This document shows positions 51,876 through 64,000 of a stretch of 64,000 bases of DNA, in pieces. The notes beneath the pieces are model-generated. The model was given only the letters and a program-made list of their open reading frames with translations, was not told where the DNA came from and made no database searches. This stretch comes from Octopus vulgaris (lineage: Eukaryota), in NCBI GenBank assembly GCA_951406725.2, contig OX597816.1, forward strand, positions 57,226,001 through 57,290,000, in the 5' to 3' direction. Both the position numbers and the translations under genes were made by a program. Positions within the stretch are counted from its first letter, which is position 1; every line of letters starts with the position of its first letter.

Positions 51876-52734
51876 TACCAACCCCAGTCAAATGCCGACT
51901 TTACGCCAACATAGGATATCCTTCCACGAGCAAAGCAATACACTGGAGCCCCTACGTTCCCAACCACAGCATACATAGATTAGTATTTTGCCCCTAGTCC
52001 ATTGAGGGTCTCGGCCCATGCTCAGGTTGTATGTCCAGGTCTTCAGACGTCACAACCGACCGTGTCAGGCAGATTGAGACTGAGCTTTTAAAAGTTCGTT
52101 TGGTGTGGGTTAACACAGAAACAATCATTAATCAAGGGTTTTCCGGGTGAGACCATCCACCCTTTATTTGACATTTATTGGTTTGTATCTAGAATGCATT
52201 ATCTAGAATGCATAGCCTTCATTATTATATATCATTAGAATATGCGCGATTTCATTGAGTTTAGCTGCTATTTCTTACAAGTTGGGCGACCGGGTAGTGT
52301 GTCCTTCTCGTTACAAACACATTACCTGCGGAATACTCAACCACCCACACATCTCATACAACACGATGTTGTATTCCATTTTAACCTGCAGTCTACTTGC
52401 AATTCTGTGCCCCGCTTAGGTAATCACAGGTATACATCATGTTGAAACCAGCACGACACAGCGTGTGTCCCAGACTCCCTTCCCTATCTTCTCGCTCTGC
52501 CAGAATGGTTCAAGTTAAGACTTTTACCTCATAGCTTCCAACCAGGGTCCATGCCACCCTGCCACCCACCCTTGGCGGGCGAGTCCATTGTTATAGAAGT
52601 TCATAAACATTAAATTGCTTATGTTTCTACAATGCACAAAATATTTTCTCAATTTCTTAAAATACAATTCTTAATAATATTTAATTATAAAAAAAATAGG
52701 GGTGCTTTAACATACAATGGCTCTCTTTTTTCTT

Positions 52735-53066
52735 TTTCTCTTCTTGTTTCAGTCATTTTGACTGCGGCCATGCTGGAGCACCGCCTTTAATCGAGCAACT
52801 CGACCCCGGGACTTATTCTTTGTAAGCCCAGTACTTATTCTATCCGTCTCTTTTGCCGAACCGCTAAGTGACGGGGACATAAACACACCAGCATCGGTTG
52901 TCAAGCAATGCTAGGGGGACAAACACAGACACACAAACATACACGCACATACATATATATACATATATGCGACGGGCTTCTTTCAGTTTCCGTCTACCAA
53001 ATCCACTCACAAGGCTTTGGTCGGCCCGAGGCTATAGTAGAAGACATTTGCCCAAGGTGCCACGCT
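52735..53066 (-). mobile_element. SINE family A, 5'-truncated
   Basis: Homology to other copies. Confidence 0.85.
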
Positions 53067-53149
53067 GTTGGAGGTCCAGCGGAGTAAAATGGGAATCAAA
53101 ATGGTTCGTGAGCAAAAAAGGGTTGAAAACCACTGCCTGAGCCGTTCTT

Positions 53150-53476
53150 CCTTTAGCATTTAATCCGGCAAATCAAACCAAAATATTTTGTTTAATGTTT
53201 ATACCCGGACTTGTTTAATGTTCATTACATTTGGCAGAGCATTCTGAATGCTAAAGGGTTTTAAACCAGCCTTGTCTGACCCAAGTATTCTGCTTGTTTT
53301 ATGTTCCCAAGTCGGCTTCATCAGGCCTCTCATACCTCCCGCACAATGTCACCTTAAAACTAAACTATCGGATTATCGAAAATCTCAAAGCTACAAGCTA
53401 AGCCATATTTATCTCGAATCAATGTGAACAGATAAGCATTAGATTCGACAGAGTAATCTGAATGCTAAGGGGTTAC
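53150..53476. mobile_element. Possible piggyBac-type MITE remnants
   Basis: cctttagcatt... and two copies of ctgaatgctaa(a/g)gggtt termini. Confidence 0.45.
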
Positions 53477-54528
53477 CTATTCGGTGGGGTTTAGGAATAG
53501 CTGTCCCTCCAAATCTCATGGGAAAGGAAAGGGATGGTTTTATTGTTTTGTTTTTTATTTCTTTAGTTTTCCTGTTTCTTACAACAGAAATTACAAAAGG
53601 CTGAAAAAATACTTTTTCACAAAATTTTACTTCTATTTTTATTTTATTCTTTTTCCTTCCACTTCCGTATTCTTTCCGTTCGCACGATGTATGGGACCTC
53701 GAAGGACAACTATTCCCGTCTGATTTTCTTTGAAATACTCAGTTACTTAGGGAAAGTGAAGTGGCCAAGTAGTTAGGGTGTTCTACTCGTGATCGCCAGA
53801 TCGTGGGTTCAATTCCCAAGCCGAGCGGTACGTTGTGTTTCTGAGCAAAACACTATTTCACCTTGTTCCACTCCACTCAGCTGTAAATAAGCACCCCTAC
53901 CATGGACTTATCCAGGGGGAATGTAATGATCTCGGTTACCTATACGCCACGGAAACTGGATGACAGGTCTGATGGCTCAGGGCTATAATTCGGTTGTATA
54001 CAATGTTTATTGATCGATGGCTATCGGAGACGGCGTCTTTCCAAGGAAGGCCACCTCAAATAATTGACATGTAGTCACTTACAAGCACGTCCCAGTTTCG
54101 CACTCACACACGTTGTGTCCTCTCTCTGCCTTTTCTACCGCTACTACGTTGGGCGCTATTCGTCCGAAGCTGCACGTTCTCTTATCCTCACCACTTACGC
54201 ATTCACCCGTTCGTTCCTATTCCCGTCACTCCTATTGCGTTCACCGTCACCCCACCATCCGACAGGTACCTACTCACTACTACATCCAGTTCTTCTTCCC
54301 TAGAACCTCCACCTAATGGAATTCCATCCCTATGTCCGTTTTCCAAAGCGCACGATGTTCCAATTCTAACGGTGGTAAGAACTTCGGCGGAGGTAAAGAA
54401 TACGTACACCACCCGTTTTCGGCGTAACAAAAACCCTAACCCTAAACACCGGGTGTATGTATTCTTTATTTCGCCAGCACTTCCTCCTTCTATCACTGTC
54501 TCTCGCGCCTCTCTCACTCTGTATTTAC

Positions 54529-54631
54529 AAGAGGATTCACAGTGACTTCGAATATTCAATCTAATCGCCTTCGTCGGACAGACAGTCCGAAGAAGTATGC
54601 TGGAACTTCGAAGTCACTGTTACTACCTCTT
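54529..54631. ncRNA. Back-to-back inverted hammerhead-like motifs
   Basis: Plus: GACAGT-CCGAAGA-agtatgct-GGAA-CTTCGAAG-TC-ACTGTT; minus: ctgt-CCGACGA-...-GAAt-aTTCGAAG-TC-ACTGT. Confidence 0.6.
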
Positions 54632-54733
54632 CTTGCTAACGGTTAATAAATGTATTCGCAACAAAATAGTATTGAGTTGTTCAGTTTAATATTAGATTAT
54701 TTTTACTATAACTCCGCATAAAAATACAAACAT

Positions 54734-55165
54734 AGGTGCAGGAGTGGCTGTGTGGTAGGTAGCTTACTTCCTAACCACATGGTTCCGGGTTCAGTCCCAC
54801 AGCGTGGCACTTTGAGCAAGTGTCTTCTACTATAGCCTCGGGCCGACCAAAGTCTTGTGAATGAATTTGGTAGACGGAAACTGAAAGAAGACCGTCGTAT
54901 ATATGTATATGTATGTATGTATTTGTTGTCTGTGTTTGTCCCTCCGCCATCGCTTGACAACCGATGTTGGTGTGTTTACGTCCCTGTCACTCTCGCTTGA
55001 CAATCGACGTTGGTGTGTTAAAGCTTCCGTAATTTAGCGGTTCGGCAAAAGAGACCGATAGAATAAGTACTAGGCTTACAAAGAATAAGTCCTGGGGGTC
55101 TATTTATTCGACTAAAGGTGGTGCTCCAGCATGGCCGCAGTCAAATGACTGAACTGAAACAAGTA
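54734..55165 (+). mobile_element. SINE family A with internal tandem duplication
   Basis: Homology; tcgcttgacaa.cga.gttggtgtgtt occurs twice. Confidence 0.85.
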
Positions 55166-55573
55166 AGTGTATACGCACATGATACACGCATGCGCGCACA
55201 CACATTGCGAACATTCCATATACAAATACCTTCGTAAATAGTTTTCGGTTGATGCATCTTTTGTGCTTTTGTATACAATGCACGTTTTGTGCACGAGGAG
55301 TATATAATGCACCTTTTGTGTATGCTTTCAGAACTTGATTGTTGCTAAGTGAGAGATAGGGGAAGGGGCAGCGAGAATGTCCTGGCATGCTTCGATGTTG
55401 TTTAGTGTTTGTTGGTGTCAGCTGCGGTCAAACAAATTTATCAGTTACAGTCCATCCGCGAACATCCCGTCACTCTCCCTGATACAACGCCCTAGGGCCA
55501 CCTTATGTTCTTCTTTTCTAAGATTTCAAGGAAATTTACCTACTATTTCTAGCAGTCGCATTCACGCATTGAG

Positions 55574-55665
<92 letters not shown>

Positions 55666-55823
55666 CCTCGTTGGTTGTTTCACATTCTTGTTTACAGAAA
55701 GTTGTTATTGCTGATTTATGCGCACCTCGTTATTTTTAGGACACACACAAATGCCCGTACACACGCGCGCACACTCACACACACACACTCTCTCTCTTTC
55801 TCCCGTATCTATCTATCTATCTA

Positions 55824-55867
<44 letters not shown>

Positions 55868-55940
55868 GAATCTGAGCGAGATAAGGGTTAGCCACAATTA
55901 GGTGGGAAAAATATACTTCACGATTATATATATATCTAAT

Positions 55941-56356
55941 CGCAGGAGAGGCTGTGTGGTAAGTAGCTTGCTTGCCAACCACATGGTTCCGGGTTCAGTC
56001 CCACTGCGTGGCATCTTGGGCAAGTGTCTTCTGCTATAGCCTCGGGCCGACCAATGCCTTGTGAGTGGATTTGGTAGACGGAAACTGAAAGAAGCCTATC
56101 GTATATATATATATATGTATGTATGTGTGTGTATGTTTGTGTGTCTGTGTTTGTCCCCCTAGCATTGCTTGACAACCGATGCTGGTGTGTTTACGTCCCC
56201 GTCACTTAGCGGTTCGGCAAAAAGAGACCGATAGAATAAGTACTGGGCTTACAAAGAATAAGTCCCGGGGTCAATTTGCTCGACTAAAGGCGGTGCTCCA
56301 GTATGGCCACAGTCAAATGACTGAAACAAGTAAAAGTGTAAAAAGAGTAAAGAGTA
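55941..56356 (+). mobile_element. SINE family A
   Basis: Homology to other copies. Confidence 0.88.
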
Positions 56357-56368
56357 TATGTATGTATG

Positions 56369-56411
<43 letters not shown>

Positions 56412-57057
56412 CTAATATAGGATAAAATTTTTCGAAAAAAATTTATTAATGCCCAGCATATTAAAAAAATACCTTTAAAGGTTAAATTTATAAACAAGGG
56501 CAAAAGAAATAAATTCTAATGCGAATAGCATGAAATGGCATTAGAATTTTCTTTTCTTTCGCCCTTGTTTATAAGTTGTGTATATATATATATATATATA
56601 CTCTAATCCATGTATGTTGTATACATGTCTATCCACCTCTCTCTTTCTCTGCACACATACACACCTGGCGGCCAAAAGACAGACTCATTAGAACGTAGGA
56701 TAGATAGCTTTACAATCGATCGTTCCCGGTTCTCCTTTCTGAGCTCAAATCTCAACGCTGTCAACTTTGAATTTCATCGTTTCGGGATCGATAAATAAAG
56801 TATCAATCGTGGATCATTTCTTTCTGTTTCTTTTCTTTCCTTCTGGATAAAAATCGATTGTGATCAGACCTGCAGAAAACACTGGGCTCCGCTAGGTTCA
56901 AAAAAGGCCCAATACCTACAGCATGTCACGACGGCATTCCATACGGCTCCTGTAGGGGTTTTAGGGGGCATGGAGCGTGTGTGGGCCGTTACTCTCTTCT
57001 CGAAGTCCTTACATGTTATGAAAATATGGAGCTTCTTAAGACTGTAATAAATAATGT

Positions 57058-57220
57058 CGCAGGAGTGGCTGTGTGGTAAGAAGTTTGCTTACCAACCACA
57101 TGGTTCCGGGTTCAGTCCTACTGCGTGGAGCCTTAGATAAGTGTCTTCTACTGTAGCCTCGGGTCAACCAGAGCCTTGTGAGTGGATTTGGTAGACGGAA
57201 ACTGAAAGAAGCCCGTTGTA

Positions 57221-57263
<43 letters not shown>

Positions 57264-57516
57264 ACAACGGGCTTCTTTCAGTTTCCGTCTACCAAATCCA
57301 CTCACAAGGCTTTGTGTGTGTGTGTGTGTGTGTTTGTCCCCCACCATCGCTTGACAACCGATACTGGTGGTTTTACGTCCCCGTAACTTTTATCGGTTCG
57401 GCAAAAGAGACCGATAGAATAAATACTAGACTTACAAAGAAGTTCTCGGTTCGATCTGTTCGATTAAAGGCGGTGTTCCAGCATAGCCGCAGCCAAAATT
57501 ACTGGAACAAATAAAA
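57058..57516 (+). mobile_element. SINE family A with internal inverted duplication
   Basis: Homology; 48-bp inverted repeat around the (TA)n tract. Confidence 0.85.
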
Positions 57517-57627
57517 GGAAGAATCTCTTTAAAGAAGTTTAAATAACCGGTATTCAATGATCTTTTCTGTAAATATCTACTGCTTGTTGCAGTAGCAGTA
57601 GTAGCATTAGTAGTAGTAACACAGGAT

Positions 57628-58042
57628 ATTTATTTCTTTATTGCCCACAGTGGGGCTAAACATAGAGGTGACAAACAAGGACAGACAAAGGGATTACGGC
57701 TATTAGATCAACCTCAATGCGCAACAGGTACTTAATTTATCGACACCGAAAGGCAAAGTCGACCTCGGCGGAATTTTAACTCAGAGCGTAACGGCAGACG
57801 AAATACCTATTTCTTTACTACCCACAAGGGGCTAAACACAGGGGAGACAAATAAGGACAGACAGACGGATTAAGTAGATTACATCGACCCCAGTGCGTAA
57901 CTGGTACTTAATTTATCGACCCCGAAAGGATGAAAGGCAAAGTCGACCTCGGCGGAATTTGAACTCAGAACGTAATGGCAGACGAAATACGGCTACGCAT
58001 TTCGCCCGGCGTGCTAACGTTTCTTCCAGCTTGCAGCCCTTG
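57628..58042 (-). mobile_element. SINE family B dimer
   Basis: Homology to other copies. Confidence 0.85.
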
Positions 58043-59140
58043 TAGTAACCCAGTATTGTCGTACGTTCTTTGCTTATTTTAATAGCGGTTTTAAGCCGGA
58101 GGAAGGTGTTGCGCCCATCACCTTCGCCGATCCTTCCACATATTAATACAGTTGATATCCTTCTTCAGTCGTTTTAGGGTAAACGATGGTGGGAGGTTTC
58201 CAGTGGATCAATAGTCGGAGGGAGGAAGGATTGGGTATATAAGGAACTGCACCGGAGCAGAGGTAGGGTGACGTGGATGGGCGTGGGTGGATATATTATG
58301 CAATTAATTAGCTAAAAGAACAGAGTTCATTGCAGGATTGAAGGCCAGCAATTTTGACGGGGATGGGACAGGTCGACGTGATTATGACTGGTACTTTATT
58401 TATCGATTCCGAAAAGATGAAAGCAACGAGGACTTCGGCGGGATTTGAACTTAAAACGTAAAGAGCCAACAGAAATACCCTTTTCTACTCTAGGCACAAA
58501 GCCCGAAATTTTGCGGGGTGGGGGGCCAGTCGATTAGCTCGACCCCGGTACGCAACTAGTACTTAATTTATTGAAAGGCGAAGTCGACCTCGGCGGAATT
58601 TCAACTCAGAACGTAAAATATCATCAAGCATTTTATCCGACGCGCTAACCTGTTGTAATTAAAGAAATAGTGAGGAAGCAGCGTGTTTGAGGATTAAGTG
58701 ACTGCCTCGTGGCCATTCGGTCGAATGACCCTCTTTTAGATAGCGTCTAGGATGATGTTGTTGTGTGCAGTCGCAATAACAAAAGCAGCACCGCCCTAGA
58801 TGTGTTACGAGCATGTTGAATCGTTTATTGTCGTCGCCTCACTGCGCCTCCTCCCGGAAGTATTGAAGCTGTTACTGAACGCTTGTCAATGTGTCATTTC
58901 TGTGTTTTTTAAACTAATTACACCTGAATATGAACATATACTTGTCAAAACTTTCATGTCAAATCTAGAAGCGATGTCTGCTTCGTGAGCAGAGGCTGTG
59001 TGTTTGAGAGAGAGAGAGAGGAGGGACAGTTGGTTTTTGTTTGATCTATCTTATGTATGCTTGCACATTGATGTGTGCGTGTGTGTGAATATTTATCCAG
59101 TTATCTAGACAGATGTATACATGGGTATGCATGTATATAT

Positions 59141-59343
59141 AGTTAATCCAAACAAGAAAGCACAAAAATACACAACAACGCGAGGACGTGGAACAAATAT
59201 AGTATTATTGGGCGCTCAGGAAAGAAGGAGGGTTTAACGTTTCGAGCGGAGCTCTTCGTCGAAAACATAGGAGAAGGAAAGATCCAGAGAAGGGAAGACA
59301 GAGGAAAAAAATCGCCAACGGTACACACGCGGTCACATTTTGG
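59141..59343 (-). mobile_element. Short HHR-bearing non-autonomous repeat inserted in (TA)n
   Basis: Minus 59232-59266: GTTT-TCGACGA-aGAGC tcc GCTC-GAAA-CG-TT-AAAC; a homologue at 34888-35043 lacks the HHR segment. Confidence 0.6.
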
Positions 59344-59694
59344 ATATATATATATATATATATATATATAATGTTTGGCAGAAGTATCAGTGACTCAATG
59401 GCCAAGAGTTTCGTTCAGTAGCACTTTTCAAACCAGTTACAAATCAAGCAGTGATAAATTTATGCACCAGTGATAATGGTATTTCCGTGGATAGTTCTGG
59501 AACAAATTCTAAAAACAATTTCAGTGTCACGTGGATAATTCGTATTTGTCAAGTAGTTTGCCCATTATGCCGTTCGGTAAATAAATAAGTCCATAAATAA
59601 ACAAAATAGGAAAAATTGTCCATACTTACACACACATACACATAGATATCAGTGCCGGTAAATATAAATACAGTAGACAGACTGATGGATGGAT

Positions 59695-60152
59695 GGATAA
59701 AGACAATTATGGTTGGTCTATAGGTTTACCCTGGGTTTCACGTCCATAAAGCGCTTAGCTTTACAACATTTCTTCAGACCCTAACCCCGTTGGCTTATGA
59801 CCTCTCCAGAGAGGCCACTAGCTAGAAAGGCTGTAAAGCTTTAGCGCTTTACAGCATTTCTTCAGTCCTCAAACCTGTTTAGAGTCTAAACCAGGGGCCC
59901 CACAAACTTTTTAGAACATTTGTCCCTTCATGGAATCCTTGACCCTTCATCGACCCCCAAACATCCAAGAAAATAAATAAGTAGAAGTGCATTTATCGAC
60001 CCTTTGACTTGTCCCATCAACCCCCAGGGTCGATATCGACCTCTTTGAAGACGCCTGGTCTAAACCATTCCGAAGAAACGCTGTAAAGCTAAGCGCTTTA
60101 TGGACGTGAAACCCAGGCTAACCCCATAGACCGACCATATCTTTCTTTATCT
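59695..60152. mobile_element. MITE with about 80-bp terminal inverted repeats hosting the hAT MITE
   Basis: cctgggtttcacgtccataaagcgcttagctttaca / tgtaaagctaagcgctttatggacgtgaaacccagg. Confidence 0.75.
59892..60057. mobile_element. hAT (Charlie-like) MITE with 8-bp TSD GTCTAAAC
   Basis: GTCTAAAC at 59884-59891 and 60058-60065; termini CAGGGGCCCCACAAA / TTTGAAGACGCCTG. Confidence 0.8.
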
Positions 60153-60950
60153 AATTACTCTATTGTTCTATAATTTAGAGTGTGCGTCTCTTTCGGATTT
60201 ATGATTTACTGACGATATATACTAGCGGGCCTCCCAGTCTTCGGCCCTCAAATGTATTCATAAGGCACATATTGGTATCTATCGTAATGCCCATTTTGTT
60301 TACAATAAAAGTTGTTAAAAAGGTATTTCAATATTGCATAACATAATTTTTAACATTTATTTAGAATGCCTAGATTATGTTATAGGTGTATAGATTCTAG
60401 CGCATGTTCAGCTCTAGAGGCATACAGGTATGGCTTTATGACCCCCAGACATATACAAGAAAATAAATAAGTTGAAGTGCATTTATCGACCCCTTGACTA
60501 GTCCCATCAACCCCCAGGGGTCGATATCGACCTCTTTGAAGACGCCTGGTCTAAACCAATCTGAAAAAACGCTGTAAAGTTAAGCAAGTCAATTAGGTGC
60601 ACCTATGCATACATATTTACACGCGCACGCACACACACACACACACGCATGTACAGAGTTGGTCATGCATATGTGTACCTGTGTAGATGTGGTTGTAAAT
60701 GTGTGCTCGCGAGTCTGCTGTACACACACTGGCCATTGTTCGCAGTTTATCAGCCACAATGAACAATGTTCATTGTATCATATCTCCAAATACCATTAGT
60801 AGTTTGGGAGAGCGGTGGCGACCATATGGATAAAAGTGTGTGTGTAGCGAGAGAGACAGACATAGAAACAGAATATGGTGAATGGTAGAGCGTCGATCAG
60901 AGTATGTTGCAGTAATTAGATGTCCTTATGTGGTTAGCTCCCTTGACGCC

Positions 60951-61003
60951 GATAATACTGGACTGATGATGGCTTAGCTGGCCGAAACTTCGAAGTTATT
61001 GTC
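60951..61003 (+). ncRNA. Hammerhead-like motif with canonical core
   Basis: CTGATGA-t-GGC ttagctg GCC-GAAA-CTTCGAAG-TT-ATTGTC; stem I GATAAT/ATTGTC offset by a 6-nt insertion. Confidence 0.6.
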
Positions 61004-61399
61004 AATACTATTCTTGTTAAGGAATAATGCATACACACGTACATAACGGGGTAGAAAAGGGTGGTTAGTAATAGAGATGAACAGTGATGGCTGTCAATAA
61101 CAAATGATTCGGAGGAGATGGAATGATGGAGGACAGTATAGAAAGGGGAGGGAGTAGCGGGATGCGGCCAACGTTACTTACCCCGGCAGCTCAATAAAGT
61201 GAATAGTAGAGGTAGTGAGCGAAGAAAAGGGAGCGTTAAGGGGAGATAAGTGGTAGGGATGAGGGAATAGATACAGAGAGGGTACCAGCGACGAGGCAGA
61301 CAGCAGGGTATGGATTTTACAAGAACAGTAAGTAAAGGAACCAAATGTATCTGCGTGTGCACTAAGGTGTATGTGTGAGTGTGTATGTATATATATATA

Positions 61400-62000
61400 T
61401 ATACATACATATGTGTGTGTATGTACACACATACACACACCTTCCAGCCTGCATCATTATCACCATCTTTAACGCTTGTTTCACCATACTCTTACTCGAG
61501 TGTCGGGTGTTCTCCTGCTCTGCGTGTTGCCAATTAACGCGGTCCTTAATTACCTCCGTCAACAGAACAAAACACTTGGGGTTAGCCTTCACCATTTCTT
61601 CCCAATTCTCCCTCAGTCTCCCTCATCCACGGGTTCCATTCTTTTAGAGCCCTTGCCACATCTTTAAACAACTATCCCCCCCTCCATGTGCATCACCTGC
61701 CCATTCCAGCACAGATCCCTTCCTTATATACACCTGATTCTTTTAACATCTTGATTTTCTCTCAACTCATTACACATCCGGCGGGACGTGTTCGCTTCAT
61801 TTCATTCTAGTTTGCTAACCTCAAAATCCATTCTCGGTTACCATGCAGCGCCACAATTCGTACGCAAGCATCATACAATCTTCCTTTCTCTCTGAGAAGG
61901 AAAATCTTTATTGCCAACAGAGGTAACAGCTTTTTGAACTTTCTCCAACCCGTTCTTACTTTGACTTCTATATCCCCCCACGCCGCTCCAAATTTGGTCA
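61400..62000 (-). mobile_element. Decayed RTE LINE 3' fragment
   Basis: VRTGWRKFKKLLPLL..KGRLYDACVR..LHG..W. Confidence 0.7.
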
Positions 62001-62481
62001 CTTACTTAACCAGAAGCTGTGTCCATAGTTTGTAACAGCTATAACGTATACACAATTACGCATGCGCGCGTACATACATGCATACATACATACGCACATA
62101 CATACATACTACAAGTTCAGGTTTATACCTGTAATTATTGGGGCCCTGGGATATGTAACACACTGCCTAAATACCAATCTTACGAAATTTGGAGGTGGGG
62201 AAAGACAAGCACACGCACACATACTCACACACACGTCGGGCTTCTTTCAGCTTCGTATTTCAGACGAAATGCTGCTAAGCAATTCGCCCGGCGTGCTAAC
62301 GTTTCTGCCAGCTCGCCAGCTTCCGTCTACCAAATCCACTCACAAAGTTTAGTCGGCCCAAGGCTACAGTACAAGACACGTGCCACGCAGTGAGACTGAA
62401 CGAGGAACTATGTGATTGGGAAGCAAATTTCTTATCGCGCATCCATGCCTGGGCCTAAACATGCATATGTTTAACTTTTAC

Positions 62482-62578
62482 AAGGGAAAGAGTGACAACG
62501 ACTTCGAAGAATCAGCCTGCTTGCTTTCATCAGACTATTAGATGAAAGCTATTTCGAAGTTACTGTCAAACTTTTCTA
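62482..62578. ncRNA. Degenerate back-to-back hammerhead-like motifs (same family as 54.6 kb and 61.0 kb)
   Basis: Minus: agt-CTGATGA-aAGC aagcag GCT-GAtt-CTTCGAAG-TC-gttgtca; plus: gatgaaagct..tttcgaagttactgtca. Confidence 0.5.
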
Positions 62579-63132
62579 TTTAATAATCCTTCAGTTGAAT
62601 TGTTTTTATTATAACTTATCAAAAACAAAAGAACACACATCATATCATGCATTTCAGAATCAGTTCCCTGCTTTCACGATAGCTCTGCTCAATGGCAACC
62701 AGACTTTCCTTTCGCGCTTACCTACTCCTAGTAACGTAATTTGACATAACCCCAACCCCTTATTGCCATGCATAAAGTACGCACTAAATAATCTCTCTCT
62801 ATAAAGGTCCGTGACACTAACGAAACATTACATTTAAAATAGCGCGTTAGCACTAGCATGTACGTAATGCTTGCGTGTGTGTTTATGTATATATAAATTG
62901 ATATATAACCATATCTCTCAGTAAATATGTAATTTATTACCTGGCATAATACATATTCTACTGAGCTATTATTTGTGATATTTTTTCAGTATATTATCAC
63001 TAGTTTTTAAAATTTCTACGGTTTTACTATGATTTTGTTAATCTATAAAGCCAATGTCTTTGTAGCCCCACTATCCACCCTCCTCTCTCTACCCCTTTAC
63101 ACCTAATCTGAGTATTTGCATCTGTGAGTAAA

Positions 63133-63164
<32 letters not shown>

Positions 63165-64000
63165 ACATGTGCGGTGAGAAGGTGAGAACTTTCAGAAGTG
63201 AATTTGTTTGCCGAATGATTAAAGAAAGTCGGGTGGAAGGCAGCTAGGTGTATAAGGTAGGCAAGTAGGAAAGTACATAAGCAGATAAGCAGGTAGGTAG
63301 GTATGTATATAGGTAAGGTTGGAAGGTAAGTAAATATGTTGATTGATTTGCAGACCGACTGATAGGCAGGTAGGTAACTAAATTGACATACTCCTGTCTG
63401 GCAGAATCTCGTAGATTGGTAGGTTAATGTGGGTAAATGGGAAGGGAGATTTTTAGATAGATTGATAGATATCTCAAGAGGTAAACATACAAGACAGATT
63501 TAGCTCGAGGCCAATCCTGAGTTAACATGCAGTTTAAGAGTTTAAAAAGAAAAAAAAAAGAACAAAATTGACCGGAGGTGAAGAGTGACATCTCATGATT
63601 TCATAAAGGGAACGTTAAAAGAACTGGTGAAATCCCTTAACTTTCAACGAAACTCCCTCGTTATGCTGCATTCTCAGGTACCTAGTTGTAGAGTATCTTC
63701 TGATGATGTCGAGTAATTTAGAAACAGCAGCTGAAGTACACCGCTCCCAAGTACTCAATCCAACAATGAACACCACCACTGAGAAAGCAATTCGATGGGT
63801 TGCATATCGATCCATGACAGCCATCACAGCTATATGTGAGCAATGCAATAATCCTACATGAGTACTGAGCTGTACAGAAAGAACAGAGCGAAAGTGTTGT
63901 CCATGTTCCTGTTGATCCATGGTCTATAAATTGGTTACAGGAAGTTATCAGATTTAATTGTTGTCACTTCCGGTCAGTTTACTTTCACTAACTCCTAAAC

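Noticed and set aside
63615-63920. 101-aa minus ORF, and CTGATGA..GAAAC at about 63700-63725
   Set aside because: No recognisable domain; HHR stems do not pair; a possible mariner end (ccctcgt) near 63660 is too weak to call

Overview
AT-rich, microsatellite-dense eukaryotic DNA whose tRNA-derived SINE families look like those of coleoid cephalopods (most likely Octopus; inferred, not searched). Almost all ORFs in the supplied track are microsatellite or SINE artefacts. The main feature is a young Penelope-like retroelement (PLE, about 24803-30542). It has an upstream coiled-coil/basic ORF, an ATG-less RT + Zn-knuckle + GIY-YIG frame that appears to need a -1 frameshift, and a 1.64-kb near-perfect inverted duplication of its 3' end. 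Each end carries a CCAAT/TATA promoter and a minimal hammerhead ribozyme (HHR) motif. Several short non-autonomous elements elsewhere carry minimal HHR motifs with variant cores. Three of them (about 3.5 kb, 54.6 kb, 62.5 kb) are palindromes with back-to-back, outward-facing HHRs, a miniature version of the large element's layout. The only host gene evidence is a probable first coding exon with a signal peptide at about 49.9-50.1 kb (+). The rest is SINEs, decayed LINEs (CR1-like, RTE, RLE-type), Tc1/mariner relics and MITEs.
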